Shown in pieces: positions 18,720 through 28,251 of a stretch of 64,000 nt of DNA. Every line of letters starts with the position of its first letter. The first letter of the stretch is position 1. Under the pieces are notes generated by a model. The model was given only the letters and a program-made list of their open reading frames with translations. It did not search any database and had not been told where the DNA came from. The stretch spans positions 47,237-111,236 of the forward strand of contig DASVDI010000006.1 of the NCBI GenBank assembly GCA_036381175.1, read 5' to 3'. A program made the position numbers and the translations under genes. This DNA comes from Gammaproteobacteria bacterium (lineage in GTDB: Bacteria > Pseudomonadota > Gammaproteobacteria > Natronospirales > JAJUFS01).

Positions 18720-19100
18720 CTACAGGACGAGCACGGCGTCCATTTCGACGGCAACGCCTTTCGGCAGTTCCTTCACGCCGATAGCCGCGCGTGCCGGATA
18801 CGGTTCGCTGAAATACTCCGCCATCACACCATTCACTGATCCAAAATTGCCGAGATCGGTGAGATAGATGTTGAGTTTTACGACGTTCGAGAAATCACCG
18901 CCGGCGGCATTTGCAACCGCGAGCAGGTTGTCGAACACGCGCCGGACATGATTCTCGAATGGACCTTCAACGACATTCATGGTTTGCGGATCAAGCGGAA
19001 TCTGGCCGGAAAGATAAACCGTGTCGCCGACTTTCACGGCTTGCGAGTACGTGCCGATGGCGGCGGGCGCCTTGTCCGTCGAGATGATTTCTTTTTTCAT
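18720..19100 (-). CDS. ridA: RidA/YjgF family reactive-intermediate deaminase
   Basis: [22 protein letters not shown]...[25 protein letters not shown] is the canonical RidA sequence. The upstream part of the tracked ORF is a translated REP. Confidence 0.9.
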   Translation of the reverse strand: MKKEIISTDKAPAAIGTYSQAVKVGDTVYLSGQIPLDPQTMNVVEGPFENHVRRVFDNLLAVANAAGGDFSNVVKLNIYLTDLGNFGSVNGVMAEYFSEPYPARAAIGVKELPKGVAVEMDAVLVL

Positions 19101-19118
19101 TTTTTTCCTCGGCGTTGC

Positions 19119-19196
19119 GTAGCCCGGATGAAGCGCAGCGGAATCCGGGAAATTGAAATGCATGACCCGGATTCCGCTGCGCTTCATCCGGGCTAC
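19119..19196. repeat. REP pair, family D (GTAGCCCGGATGAAGCGCAGCGGAATCCGGG), inverted doublet
   Basis: Two convergent copies separated by ~16 bp. A single related copy occurs at 57085..57115. Confidence 0.8.
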
Positions 19197-19199
19197 AAC

Positions 19200-21350
19200 T
19201 CATGCTCTCGTCCGCGTAATCCTCAACACCTGCGGCATCGTCTTGATGTGTTTCATGATGTTCGCAAGGTGCTTGCGATCGTGCACGGCGAACAGGAAAT
19301 TCATCACTGACGTTGAACCGTCGCGTTCCTGCACACTCACCTGCTCGATGTTCGAGCCGAGCTCGGCAATCGTTGCTGCGACCGTCGCGAGTACGCCGCG
19401 CTGGTTGTTGACCTCGATGCGCACCTCCACCGTGAAGTCGCGACCGATGTTTTTCTCCCACTGCACCTCGATCCATTTTTCCGGCTGATCGCGGTATTCG
19501 GCGAGGTTGTGGCAGTTATCGCGATGAATCACGATGCCGCGCCCCGTGGAGAGATAGCCAATGATGGCGTCGCCCGGAATCGGATGACAGCAACGCGCGA
19601 GCGTGACAACCATCCCTTCGGTGCCGCTGATGGCGAGCGGCCCCTGGTGCGCGGCGCTTGCTTCATCGGGATCGGTGACGAAACGGCGCGCGACCAGCGG
19701 CGCGGGACGATGCCCGAGGCCGATGGATTCGAGCAGGTGTTCGAAGGAATCGAGCTTGAAATCCGCGAGCACAGTGTCGATCTGTTCGCGCTTGAGCGAT
19801 TTCACGCGCAGCTTGTGCGCTTCCAGCGCGCGGTCCAGCAGGCGTTTCCCCAGCTCGACGGCTTCCTCTTCCTTGAGATGCTTCAAATAATTCCGAATGT
19901 TCGCACGCGCCTTCGCGGTGACGACGAAATTCAGCCACGCCGGATTCGGTTTCGCGTTCGGCGCGGTGATGACTTCCACGGTCTGGCCGTTGACGAGCGG
20001 CGTGCGCAACGGCGCGAGCCGGCGATCGATTTTCGCCGCAACGCAGGTGTTGCCCACATCGGTGTGCACGGCGTACGCGAAATCGACCGAGGTCGAACCG
20101 CGCGGCAAGCGGCGAATGTCGCCCTGCGGCGTGAATACGTAAACCTCGTCAGGGAAAAGATCAATCTTGACGTTTTCGAGGAACTCCAGCGAGTTGCCGG
20201 AGCCCTTCTGCATTTCCATCACGCTGCGCAACCATTCGCGCGCGCGCACTTCGGGCGAGGTGCTCGAAGAACTTCCGGTCTTGTACAACCAGTGCGCGGC
20301 AATGCCGGCTTCTGCAATCCGGTCCATATCCGTCGTGCGAATCTGCGCTTCGATCGGCACGCCGTTCGGCCCGAACAGCACGGTGTGCAGCGACTGGTAG
20401 CCGTTGGTTTTCGGAATCGCGATGTAATCCTTGAAACGTCCCGGCACCGGCTTGTAAACATTGTGCACAACACCGAGCGCGCGGTAACAGGTATCGACCT
20501 TGTCAACGACAATGCGAAAACCGTAAACGTCCAGCACTTCATCAAAGGAGAGCGATTTCTCCTTCATCTTTTTATAGACGCTGTAGAGATGCTTCTCGCG
20601 CCCGCGCACTTCCGCGTAGATGTTTTCCTGGCCGAGCGCGTTTTCGAAAGCGTTCGCAATCGTCTTGACGATTTCCTTCTGGTTGCCGCGCGCCTTTTTC
20701 ATGCGCCTCGCGAGCACGCGGTAACGCTGCGGATACATCGAGCGGAAGCCGAGATCCTCAAGCTCAAGACGGAAATCGTTCATGCCAAGGCGATTCGCGA
20801 TCGGCACGTAGATGTCGAGTGTTTCGCGCGCGATACGGCGGCGTTTCGCCGGCGGCATCACGCCGAGCGTGCGCATGTTGTGCAGGCGGTCGGACAGCTT
20901 GACGAGAATGACGCGAATGTCCTGCACCATGGCGAGCAGCATCTTGCGGAAATTCTCCGCCTGCGCTTCGGCCTTGGAACGAAACTTGATCTGGGTGAGC
21001 TTGGAGACGCCGTCAACGAGCTGGGCGACTTCCTCGCCGAACTGTTCGGCGATCTGGATCTTGGCGGTGGGTGTGTCTTCGAGAACGTCGTGGAGAATGG
21101 CAGCAATGATCGTGGCGGGGTCCATGCGCATGCCGGCAAGAATGCCGGCGACGGCGACGGGATGCGTGATGTAAGGCTCGCCGGAAAGCCGCTTCTGGCC
21201 TTCGTGCGCGAGCGCGCCGAATTCATATGCGCGCTCGATATCGTGAACCTGGTCTTCCGGGAGATAGGCGCGCGCCTTATCGAGCAGCTCGTCAAGGCCG
21301 GCGCGCTTGCCGCGATGAACGCGGCCAAGAAGGGAAGCGGCGTAGTTCAT
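19200..21350 (-). CDS. spoT: bifunctional (p)ppGpp synthetase/hydrolase
   Basis: 716 aa. HD hydrolase domain (HPVAVA...HDVLED), RelA/SpoT synthetase domain, then TGS and ACT domains. Lies downstream of rpoZ. Confidence 0.95.
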   Translation of the reverse strand: MNYAASLLGRVHRGKRAGLDELLDKARAYLPEDQVHDIERAYEFGALAHEGQKRLSGEPYITHPVAVAGILAGMRMDPATIIAAILHDVLEDTPTAKIQIAEQFGEEVAQLVDGVSKLTQIKFRSKAEAQAENFRKMLLAMVQDIRVILVKLSDRLHNMRTLGVMPPAKRRRIARETLDIYVPIANRLGMNDFRLELEDLGFRSMYPQRYRVLARRMKKARGNQKEIVKTIANAFENALGQENIYAEVRGREKHLYSVYKKMKEKSLSFDEVLDVYGFRIVVDKVDTCYRALGVVHNVYKPVPGRFKDYIAIPKTNGYQSLHTVLFGPNGVPIEAQIRTTDMDRIAEAGIAAHWLYKTGSSSSTSPEVRAREWLRSVMEMQKGSGNSLEFLENVKIDLFPDEVYVFTPQGDIRRLPRGSTSVDFAYAVHTDVGNTCVAAKIDRRLAPLRTPLVNGQTVEVITAPNAKPNPAWLNFVVTAKARANIRNYLKHLKEEEAVELGKRLLDRALEAHKLRVKSLKREQIDTVLADFKLDSFEHLLESIGLGHRPAPLVARRFVTDPDEASAAHQGPLAISGTEGMVVTLARCCHPIPGDAIIGYLSTGRGIVIHRDNCHNLAEYRDQPEKWIEVQWEKNIGRDFTVEVRIEVNNQRGVLATVAATIAELGSNIEQVSVQERDGSTSVMNFLFAVHDRKHLANIMKHIKTMPQVLRITRTRA

Positions 21351-21370
21351 GGCACGCTCCCGACCGTGTC

Positions 21371-21694
21371 TTACAGGTCGGTCGCTTCCTCGGACGATGC
21401 TGCCGGCGGCGGAACGATGTCGTCGTCGGCTTCCGCCATCGCGGCCGCTTCGGCTTCCGCAGCAGCCGCCGCTTCCTGCGCGGCGAACGGGTTGTCGGCC
21501 TCGTCAAGCACCGTCGGCGTGATGTAGCCGTCGGCAATTTCGCGCAGCGCAACCACGGTGGACTTGTCGTTTTCCCAGGGCACCATCGATTCCGCGCCGT
21601 TCGACAACTGGCGGGCGCGCTTGGTCGCCACGAGCACCAGCTCGAACAGGTTTTCTACGTTGTCCAGGCAATCTTCAACGGTAACGCGGGCCAT
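21371..21694 (-). CDS. rpoZ: DNA-directed RNA polymerase subunit omega
   Basis: [30 protein letters not shown] is the canonical RpoZ N-terminus. Confidence 0.95.
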   Translation of the reverse strand: MARVTVEDCLDNVENLFELVLVATKRARQLSNGAESMVPWENDKSTVVALREIADGYITPTVLDEADNPFAAQEAAAAAEAEAAAMAEADDDIVPPPAASSEEATDL

Positions 21695-21795
21695 GGGTAT
21701 TCCTCGAAAAAATGCTTGCCGGCTGAAAGTGCCAGCGATACAGGGCCGTTCAGTTTATCGCAGGACCGACGGCGAACGCCACCGGAGAAAAGGCT

Positions 21796-22428
21796 TCAAT
21801 TGCTGTCCTGCGCCAGCAGCGAGCGCAGCAGGGGACGAACTTCCGCACGGTCGCTGCGGCTTTGCCCGCCCTTGCCGCGGAGAATATGCCGGAGCTGGTC
21901 AAGGGCGGCGGAGAAGTCGTCGTTGATGACCACGTAGCGGAATTCGTTCCAGTGCGACATGTCTTCGACGGCGTCGCGCAAGCGCCGCGCGATGACCTCG
22001 TCCGCATCCGTACCGCGACCACGCAAGCGGCGTTCGAGCTCGGCGCGTGACGGCGGCAGGATGAACACGCTCTCGCAATCGGGCCAGGCGGCGCGGACTT
22101 GCGCCGCGCCCTGCCAGTCGATTTCCAGGATGACGTGCTTGCCGGCGGCGAGCCGTTCTTCGACCTGCTCGCGCGCGGTGCCGTAGTAATTATCGAAAAC
22201 CCGCGCGTGTTCGATGAATTTTCCGGCCGCGATCATCGCCTCGAATTCCGCGCGGCTCACAAAAAAATAATCGCGCCCGTTGACCTCGCCAGGACGTTGC
22301 GGTCGCGTGGTGTAGGACACCGAGAACGTCACTTCCGGCACGTCGTGCACCAGCTCCTTCACGAGGCTGGTCTTGCCGGCGCCGGACGGCGCGGAGATGA
22401 CGAAGAGTTTTGCGTGTTGTTCTGTCAT
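21796..22428 (-). CDS. gmk: guanylate kinase
   Basis: P-loop SAPSGAGKTS and the YTTRPQRPGEVNGRDYFF motif. Confidence 0.95.
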   Translation of the reverse strand: MTEQHAKLFVISAPSGAGKTSLVKELVHDVPEVTFSVSYTTRPQRPGEVNGRDYFFVSRAEFEAMIAAGKFIEHARVFDNYYGTAREQVEERLAAGKHVILEIDWQGAAQVRAAWPDCESVFILPPSRAELERRLRGRGTDADEVIARRLRDAVEDMSHWNEFRYVVINDDFSAALDQLRHILRGKGGQSRSDRAEVRPLLRSLLAQDSN

Positions 22429-22444
22429 GTTTCCTGCGCTGGTC

Positions 22445-22493
22445 GTAGGAGCGCCTTCAGGCGCGATGGGTTCGCGCCTGAAGGCGCTCCTAC
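22445..22493. repeat. REP pair, family C (GTAGGAGCGCCTTCAGGCGCGA), inverted doublet
   Basis: GTAGGAGCGCCTTCAGGCGCGA-5nt-TCGCGCCTGAAGGCGCTCCTAC. Related copies at 48798 and 55354. Confidence 0.8.
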
Positions 22494-22498
22494 ATCAA

Positions 22499-23365
22499 TC
22501 ACTCGATATTTTGAATCTGTTCGCGCATTTGCTCGATGAGCACCTTCAGCTCGACCGACGCCTTCGTCGTTTCGCTGTCCTGCGATTTCGAGCCGAGCGT
22601 ATTCGATTCGCGGTTGAATTCCTGCATGAGGAAATCCAGCCGGCGGCCGACCGGTTCGTCGCGCTTCAGCACGTTCTGCAATTCGATGACATGGCTTTCG
22701 AGGCGATCCAGCTCCTCGTCCACGTCCATGCGCTGGGCCTGGTAAACGAGTTCCTGCTCCAGCCGGTCAGCATCCGGCTTGGCCGTGATTTCCGCGAGTC
22801 GCGCGTCGAGTTTCTCGCGCAGCCGCGCCCTGACCTCGGGCACGCGCTTGCGCACAAGCTTCACGATTTCGCCGACGGCGACGGCGCGATCGGCAATCAG
22901 CACGCCGATGCGCCCGCCTTCCTCGGAGCGCGTCGCAACGAGATCCGCCAGTGCCGCATCGAGCAGATTCATGGCCGCCGCGTGCAGCGGGCCGGGGTCC
23001 TGCTCTTCCTCGCGGATCACGCCGGGCCAGCGCATAAGCTCCTGCGGTGTCAGGTCCTTGTCGCTGCCGAGCAGCCGGCCGACACGCGCATGCACGTCGC
23101 GCAACTGGCGAATCAGCGCCTCGTTGACGGCCAGGCGAATCTCGCTTGCATCCTCGCGATCCCAGCGCAGCGAAACGTCCACCTTGCCGCGCCCGAGCTT
23201 CGATGCGATCCGTTCGCGGATATTGCCTTCGAGCGCGCGGAATTCTTCCGGAAGGCGCATGCCGACCTCAAGATAACGGTGATTGACCGAGCGCAGCTCC
23301 CAGGCCATACGGCCATAGGGCCCGCGTTCCTCGCGACGCGCGAATCCGGTCATGCTCTGAATCAT
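22499..23365 (-). CDS. yicC: YicC-family stress-induced protein
   Basis: MIQSMTGFAR N-terminus and the C-terminal EQMREQIQNIE motif typical of YicC. Confidence 0.9.
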   Translation of the reverse strand: MIQSMTGFARREERGPYGRMAWELRSVNHRYLEVGMRLPEEFRALEGNIRERIASKLGRGKVDVSLRWDREDASEIRLAVNEALIRQLRDVHARVGRLLGSDKDLTPQELMRWPGVIREEEQDPGPLHAAAMNLLDAALADLVATRSEEGGRIGVLIADRAVAVGEIVKLVRKRVPEVRARLREKLDARLAEITAKPDADRLEQELVYQAQRMDVDEELDRLESHVIELQNVLKRDEPVGRRLDFLMQEFNRESNTLGSKSQDSETTKASVELKVLIEQMREQIQNIE

Positions 23366-23498
23366 TGTGACTCCTTGAAAACGTAGTGCGGGGCGGGCCG
23401 GTTTACAGGCGGGCGCGGAAAGCTGGCATTATACGGACGAAACAATCAGGACCAAGCGCGGGGCAACGAACTCCGCGCGCGACAAGAAGGGGTGGGCA

Positions 23499-24239
23499 GT
23501 GGAATTCCAGACGGCCGAAACGAGCCTGATCGGCGACCGTGAAGTCAACCAGGACCGCCACGGCATCCTGATGAGCGACGCGGAAGTCGTGCTCACCGCC
23601 TGCGACGGCATGGGCGGTCACGAAGACGGTGAAATCGCCGCCCAGACCGCGATCGACACCTTTCTCGCCGGTTTCAAGGAGCACAAGCCTGCTCTCGACG
23701 CCGCGCCCACCTTTTTCAAGGATGTCATCGAGAAGGCGCATCGCGCCGTGGTGCGGGCGGGTATCAAGAAGCCGGTCGACCAGCGGCCGCGCACGACCGC
23801 CACGCTCGCGATGATCGCGGGCAACGTTGCCGTCTGGGCGCATGTCGGCGATTCGCGCGTTTATCACCTGCGCGGTAACGGTGTGTTCAACCGCACGCGC
23901 GATCACAGCGCGGTGGAGGCGCTGTACCAGCGCGGCGCCATTACCGAGGCGCAGATGCAAACCCATCCGATGCGGAATTTCGTCGAGGAGTGCCTGGGTG
24001 GTGAGGCCGACCTGCCGCGCATTGACATCGCCACACCCGAAACCCTCGAGGCCGGCGACACGCTGCTGCTGTGCACAGACGGTTTCTGGTCGCCGCTCGA
24101 CATGAACATTGTCGCGGAGCGGCTTTCCGCCGCTGAAGACCTGCAGGACGAACTCGACGCGCTGGCGCTTGAGGCGCGTGAACACGCGAAACCGCACTCG
24201 GATAACGTGACCGCGGTGGCGTTCAGGCTGGACGAGTAA
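23499..24239 (+). CDS. PP2C-family Ser/Thr protein phosphatase (stand-alone)
   Basis: GTG start after an AAGAAGGGG RBS. PPM motifs are present (NQDRHG, DGMGGH, GDSR, TDG). No kinase, FHA or STAS partner is adjacent. Confidence 0.8.
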   Translation: MEFQTAETSLIGDREVNQDRHGILMSDAEVVLTACDGMGGHEDGEIAAQTAIDTFLAGFKEHKPALDAAPTFFKDVIEKAHRAVVRAGIKKPVDQRPRTTATLAMIAGNVAVWAHVGDSRVYHLRGNGVFNRTRDHSAVEALYQRGAITEAQMQTHPMRNFVEECLGGEADLPRIDIATPETLEAGDTLLLCTDGFWSPLDMNIVAERLSAAEDLQDELDALALEAREHAKPHSDNVTAVAFRLDE

Positions 24240-24314
24240 CGCAAGAAGTTCTGCCGCCTTTCGACCTTCCCCGTCCGGTATAATTTTCGACCCACTCTCT
24301 TCCAGGAACTGCCC

Positions 24315-25040
24315 ATGCGACCTTCCGGCCGCGCAGCCGACCAGTTGCGTTCCATCGAACTCATCCCCGACTTCACGCGTCACGCCGAAGGCTCGGTGCT
24401 GGCGGTGTTCGGCGACACCCGCGTGCTGTGCACAGCGAGCGCGGAAGATCGCGTGCCGCCCTGGCTGAAAGGCAAGGGCCAGGGCTGGGTGACGGCGGAA
24501 TACGGCATGCTGCCGCGGGCGACCGGAACGCGCACGCAGCGCGAGGCGGCACGCGGCAAGCAGTCGGGACGCACGCAGGAAATCCAGCGGCTGATCGGCC
24601 GCTCGCTGCGCGCGGTGACGAATCTCGCAGCCCTTGGCGACACCACCATCACGCTCGATTGCGACGTCATCCAGGCCGACGGCGGCACGCGCACGGCGGC
24701 GATCACGGGCGCTTACGTCGCGCTGGGTATCGCCGTTGAAAACCTGCTCAAAAGAAAAAAACTGAAAAAGAATCCAATAATTGGTGCCGTTGCCGCGGTT
24801 TCCGTCGGCATCTATCGCGGCGAGCCGGTGCTGGATCTCGATTACGCCGAGGATTCACAAGCCGAGACGGACATGAACGTGGTGATGAACGACGCCGGCG
24901 CGTTCATTGAAGTGCAAGGCACGGCGGAAGGCCATGCGTTTCGCCGCGAGGAAATGGACGCGATGCTGAACTTTGCTGCCAACGGCATCGCGCAACTCAT
25001 CGACATCCAGCGCGACGTGCTGGCCGCCCGGAAAGCATGA
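24315..25040 (+). CDS. rph: ribonuclease PH
   Basis: [12 protein letters not shown]...[14 protein letters not shown]...QADGGTRTA, the canonical RNase PH sequence. Confidence 0.95.
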   Translation: MRPSGRAADQLRSIELIPDFTRHAEGSVLAVFGDTRVLCTASAEDRVPPWLKGKGQGWVTAEYGMLPRATGTRTQREAARGKQSGRTQEIQRLIGRSLRAVTNLAALGDTTITLDCDVIQADGGTRTAAITGAYVALGIAVENLLKRKKLKKNPIIGAVAAVSVGIYRGEPVLDLDYAEDSQAETDMNVVMNDAGAFIEVQGTAEGHAFRREEMDAMLNFAANGIAQLIDIQRDVLAARKA

Positions 25041-25642
25041 AGCTCGAAAAGACATTGGTGCTCGCGACGGGCAACCGCGGCAAGCTCGCGGAGATACAGG
25101 CGCTGCTCGCGCCACTCGGCATGGATGTGAAAGCGCAATCGGAATTCGGCGTCGAGGCGCCAGAGGAAACGGGCTTGAGCTTCGTCGAGAACGCGATCCT
25201 GAAGGCGCGCCATGCATCCCGCGTCACCGGCATGCCCGCGCTTGCGGATGATTCCGGCCTGGAAGTCGATGCGCTCGATGGCGCACCGGGCATTTATTCC
25301 GCGCGCTACGCGGGCACCGATGGCGACGACACCGCGAACAACGCCAAATTGCTCGCAGCGCTCGCCGATTTTCCCGCCGAAGAACGCGGCGCGCGTTTCC
25401 GCTGCGCGATCGCGCTCCTGCGCCACGCAAACGATCCCATGCCGGTACTCGTCTCCGGCACCTGGGAAGGCCGGATCCTCGATGCACCGCGCGGCGACGC
25501 GGGCTTCGGTTACGACCCGCTGTTTCTTCCGGAAGGTTTCGAGAAAAGCGCCGCTGAACTCGACAGGAAAGAGAAGAATCGACTGAGTCATCGTGGAAAG
25601 GCGCTCGCCGCGCTGGTGGAACACCTGCGCACCGCAAAATGA
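25037..25642 (+). CDS. rdgB: dITP/XTP pyrophosphatase (Ham1/RdgB)
   Basis: [12 protein letters not shown]...[21 protein letters not shown]...FGYDPLF. Confidence 0.95.
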   Translation: MKLEKTLVLATGNRGKLAEIQALLAPLGMDVKAQSEFGVEAPEETGLSFVENAILKARHASRVTGMPALADDSGLEVDALDGAPGIYSARYAGTDGDDTANNAKLLAALADFPAEERGARFRCAIALLRHANDPMPVLVSGTWEGRILDAPRGDAGFGYDPLFLPEGFEKSAAELDRKEKNRLSHRGKALAALVEHLRTAK

Positions 25643-26805
25643 ACGCGCTCCCGCCTCTCACGCTTTACGTGCACCTTCCCTGGTGCGTGCAGAAATGTCC
25701 GTATTGCGACTTCAACAGCCACGCGCTGAAGAACGAGTTGCCCGAAGACGACTATCTCGCAGCGCTCGCGCGTGACTTCGATTTCGCCCTGAGCGAACTC
25801 GACGCGCCGCGTCCGCTGGAAGCCATTTTTTTCGGCGGCGGTACACCCAGCCTGTTTTCCGCGAACGGCATTGGGGATTTTCTTGAACGCGTTGCCGCGA
25901 AACTGCCGCTCGCACCGGATGCCGAAATCACGCTGGAAGCGAATCCCGGCACCATCGAGCACGACAGCTTCAGGAATTACCGCGCGGCGGGAATCAATCG
26001 CGTTTCGCTTGGCGTGCAGAGCTTCGACGATGCGCAACTGAAAACACTCGGCCGCATCCACGACAGCAGCGCCGCATTGAAGGCTGTTGATGAGCTGCAT
26101 GCCGCGAATCTCGCGAACTTCAACATCGATCTCATGTACGCGCTGCCGGGACAAACCGTTGACGCGGCACTCGCGGACTTAAAAAAAGCGATCGCCGCGG
26201 AACCCGCGCACATCAGCCACTATGAACTCACGCTGGAGCCGAACACCTTGTTCGCCGTGCGCCCGCCGACAGGGCTTCCGGACGACGATCGCACGATGGA
26301 GATTGCTGCTGCCTGCCGCGATCGCCTCGCTGCCGCCGGTTTCGAACGCTACGAAATCTCCGCGTACTCGAAACCCGGCAGGCAAAGCGCGCACAACCTC
26401 AATTACTGGCGCTATGGCGATTACCTCGCCATCGGCGCCGGCGCGCACGGCAAATTGACGACAACGAGCGGCATCATTCGCACCGCGCGGCACCGTCACC
26501 CGCGCGATTACCAGGCGAGCGCGGGAACGTCGCGCGCCATTGCCGAGCGCCGTGAAATCCCGCCGGAAGAACGCGTATTCGAATACATGCTGAACCGCAG
26601 CCGGTTGATCGAAGGCGGACATCCCGACGAATTCACGGCGATGATCGGACTGGACGCGGATCGCTGGCTGGAACCGGGCCTTTCCAGGGCACGTTCGCTC
26701 GGCTTGATCGAGAACCGGGCCAGCGGTGGCTGGCGGCCGACGGAACGCGGGCTCGACCTGCTGAACGAATTCCAGGCGCTGTTCCTGCCCCGAGAGAGCG
26801 CATGA
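25639..26805 (+). CDS. hemW: radical SAM heme chaperone HemW (HemN-like)
   Basis: [17 protein letters not shown] (CxxxCxxC radical SAM cluster). Conserved rph-rdgB-hemW order. Confidence 0.9.
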   Translation: MNALPPLTLYVHLPWCVQKCPYCDFNSHALKNELPEDDYLAALARDFDFALSELDAPRPLEAIFFGGGTPSLFSANGIGDFLERVAAKLPLAPDAEITLEANPGTIEHDSFRNYRAAGINRVSLGVQSFDDAQLKTLGRIHDSSAALKAVDELHAANLANFNIDLMYALPGQTVDAALADLKKAIAAEPAHISHYELTLEPNTLFAVRPPTGLPDDDRTMEIAAACRDRLAAAGFERYEISAYSKPGRQSAHNLNYWRYGDYLAIGAGAHGKLTTTSGIIRTARHRHPRDYQASAGTSRAIAERREIPPEERVFEYMLNRSRLIEGGHPDEFTAMIGLDADRWLEPGLSRARSLGLIENRASGGWRPTERGLDLLNEFQALFLPRESA

Positions 26806-26993
26806 GCCTGCTGGAAGAACTTGAAATCCAGTGCCCCTACTGCGGATCACCCTTCGCCATCGAAGCCGAACCTGCGCTCGAAGACCAGCAGTTCATCGAA
26901 GATTGCCCGGTCTGTTGCGCGCCCATAGAATTCGAATTGCGCGCCGAATCCGACGGCGGCTGGCGGCTTTCTGCCCGGCGGGACGATGACTGA
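26802..26993 (+). CDS. CPXCG-motif cysteine-rich small protein (zinc ribbon)
   Basis: 63 aa with CPYCG...CPVCC. Translationally coupled to hemW (start overlaps its stop). Confidence 0.7.
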   Translation: MSLLEELEIQCPYCGSPFAIEAEPALEDQQFIEDCPVCCAPIEFELRAESDGGWRLSARRDDD

Positions 26994-27228
26994 CGACTAC
27001 GTACCGATCGACTGCGACGTGTACGAGCGCTACGAGCTCGCCATCATGCATCGTGAAACCCTTTTCATTCGTTGGCGCGATACCGGGGGAATGACGCACC
27101 TCGAACTTCTGCAACCCGTCGACTTGCGCGCACGCGACGGCGAGGAATTCCTGCACACACGCACAGCCGACGGCGCCGAACGGATTCTGCGACTGGACAG
27201 CATCGTGGAAGTGCGCGAGCGATCCTGA
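26986..27228 (+). CDS. rof: Rof-family Rho-binding antiterminator
   Basis: 80 aa. YVPIDCDVYERYELAIMH resembles the Rof/YaeO N-terminus (Y.PI.CD.YD.LE). Confidence 0.65.
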   Translation: MTDDYVPIDCDVYERYELAIMHRETLFIRWRDTGGMTHLELLQPVDLRARDGEEFLHTRTADGAERILRLDSIVEVRERS

Positions 27229-27294
27229 ATCTGCCGGAAAAAAAGGCCCAGAATCAGGCACCTGCACATCGGGACGGCGGCATTCGACGGTCAG

Positions 27295-27303
27295 TTATTC
27301 ACA
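27295..27303 (+). promoter_or_regulatory. DnaA-box-like nonamer TTATTCACA
   Basis: Matches the TTATNCACA consensus. Confidence 0.4.
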
Positions 27304-27484
27304 TACGGAACACTACGGAGAACTTTCGCGGTTTCTCGCAGCGCGGTTTGCCCGTTTTGACCGGCATTATTGCTCAACTTGTTGTTTTTATTAGGAATTT
27401 TTTAGTGGCGACTTTTTCACCGATTTGAAACAAAACCTGCCTTTTCCGGTGTTTTATTTCATTTGCACGGTTTCATGCACAGAC

Positions 27485-27507
27485 TTATCCACAGATTCTG
27501 TGGATAG
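27485..27507. promoter_or_regulatory. perfect DnaA box TTATCCACA within the palindrome TATCCACAG-ATT-CTGTGGATA
   Basis: TTATCCACA at 27485..27493. An inverted partner, cTATCCACA, lies on the other strand at 27499..27507. Located in the A/T-rich intergenic region upstream of rpmE. Confidence 0.5.
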
Positions 27508-27709
27508 TGCGGAAAGCGCCTCAGTGTCAGTGACTTAGCGTCACATGATGAAGCGGGATGGGAACAAGGCTCTGCAAGCGTGCCGCAAGATATCGCTCCG
27601 TCCAGGGCACTTTCCCGCCCTTGCCCGGCCCGGCGAATGCGGCTAAGATGCGCGGCTCGCTTCAGGCTCCGGGAACATCCGTGAGCCGAACAACCGATCG
27701 AGGAACGTC

Positions 27710-27910
27710 ATGAAGCCCGAAATTCATCCCGATTACAAAGCGGTCAAGGTCACCTGCAGCTGCGGCAACGCCTTCGAAACCCGTTCCACCATGGGCGAAG
27801 ATATGCAGGTCGAAGTCTGCTCGCAGTGCCATCCGTTCTACACGGGCAAGCAGAAGATCATCGACGCCGGTGGTCGCGTGGACAAGTTCCGCCGCAAATA
27901 CGGCCGCTGA
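27710..27910 (+). CDS. rpmE: 50S ribosomal protein L31 (Zn-binding type A)
   Basis: [20 protein letters not shown]...[13 protein letters not shown]. Confidence 0.95.
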   Translation: MKPEIHPDYKAVKVTCSCGNAFETRSTMGEDMQVEVCSQCHPFYTGKQKIIDAGGRVDKFRRKYGR

Positions 27911-27954
27911 TCCGCCTGCGGCCCACGCGCCGCTTCAAGATCACGAACGCAAAA

Positions 27955-27998
27955 CGGCACGAGGCGCCCGGGGATTCCAGGGCGCCTCGTGCCGTTTT
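27955..27998 (+). terminator. rho-independent terminator
   Basis: 15-bp stem CGGCACGAGGCGCCC / GGGCGCCTCGTGCCG followed by TTTT. Confidence 0.85.
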
Positions 27999-28251
27999 GC
28001 GCGTGGGAATCTGCTTCGCTGTCCGTCAAACTGTCCTTGGCGGCGCACCTTCCTTATAATCTGGCCCCGCTGGATTCGAGGGTCCGTCTTTCATCGGACC
28101 CGAGCCGGACGTCCGCATCCATAAACCAACAACTCGAACTGTCTGTCTGCCCCAAGCTGCGGACGGGCCGCGGACCCCGACTCTCCAGCCAGCAGCGGTG
28201 CGGCATCGGAAGCGATGCCGGCCGACTCGTCAAAGACCAGGAGCAAGCGGA

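Noticed and set aside
27270-27709. Chromosomal replication origin (oriC)
   Set aside because: Only one perfect DnaA-box pair and one variant box are present. There are no recognisable 13-mer DUE repeats or GATC clustering, and no dnaA/dnaN, gidA/mioC or rpmH context. It is kept as a DnaA-binding candidate only.
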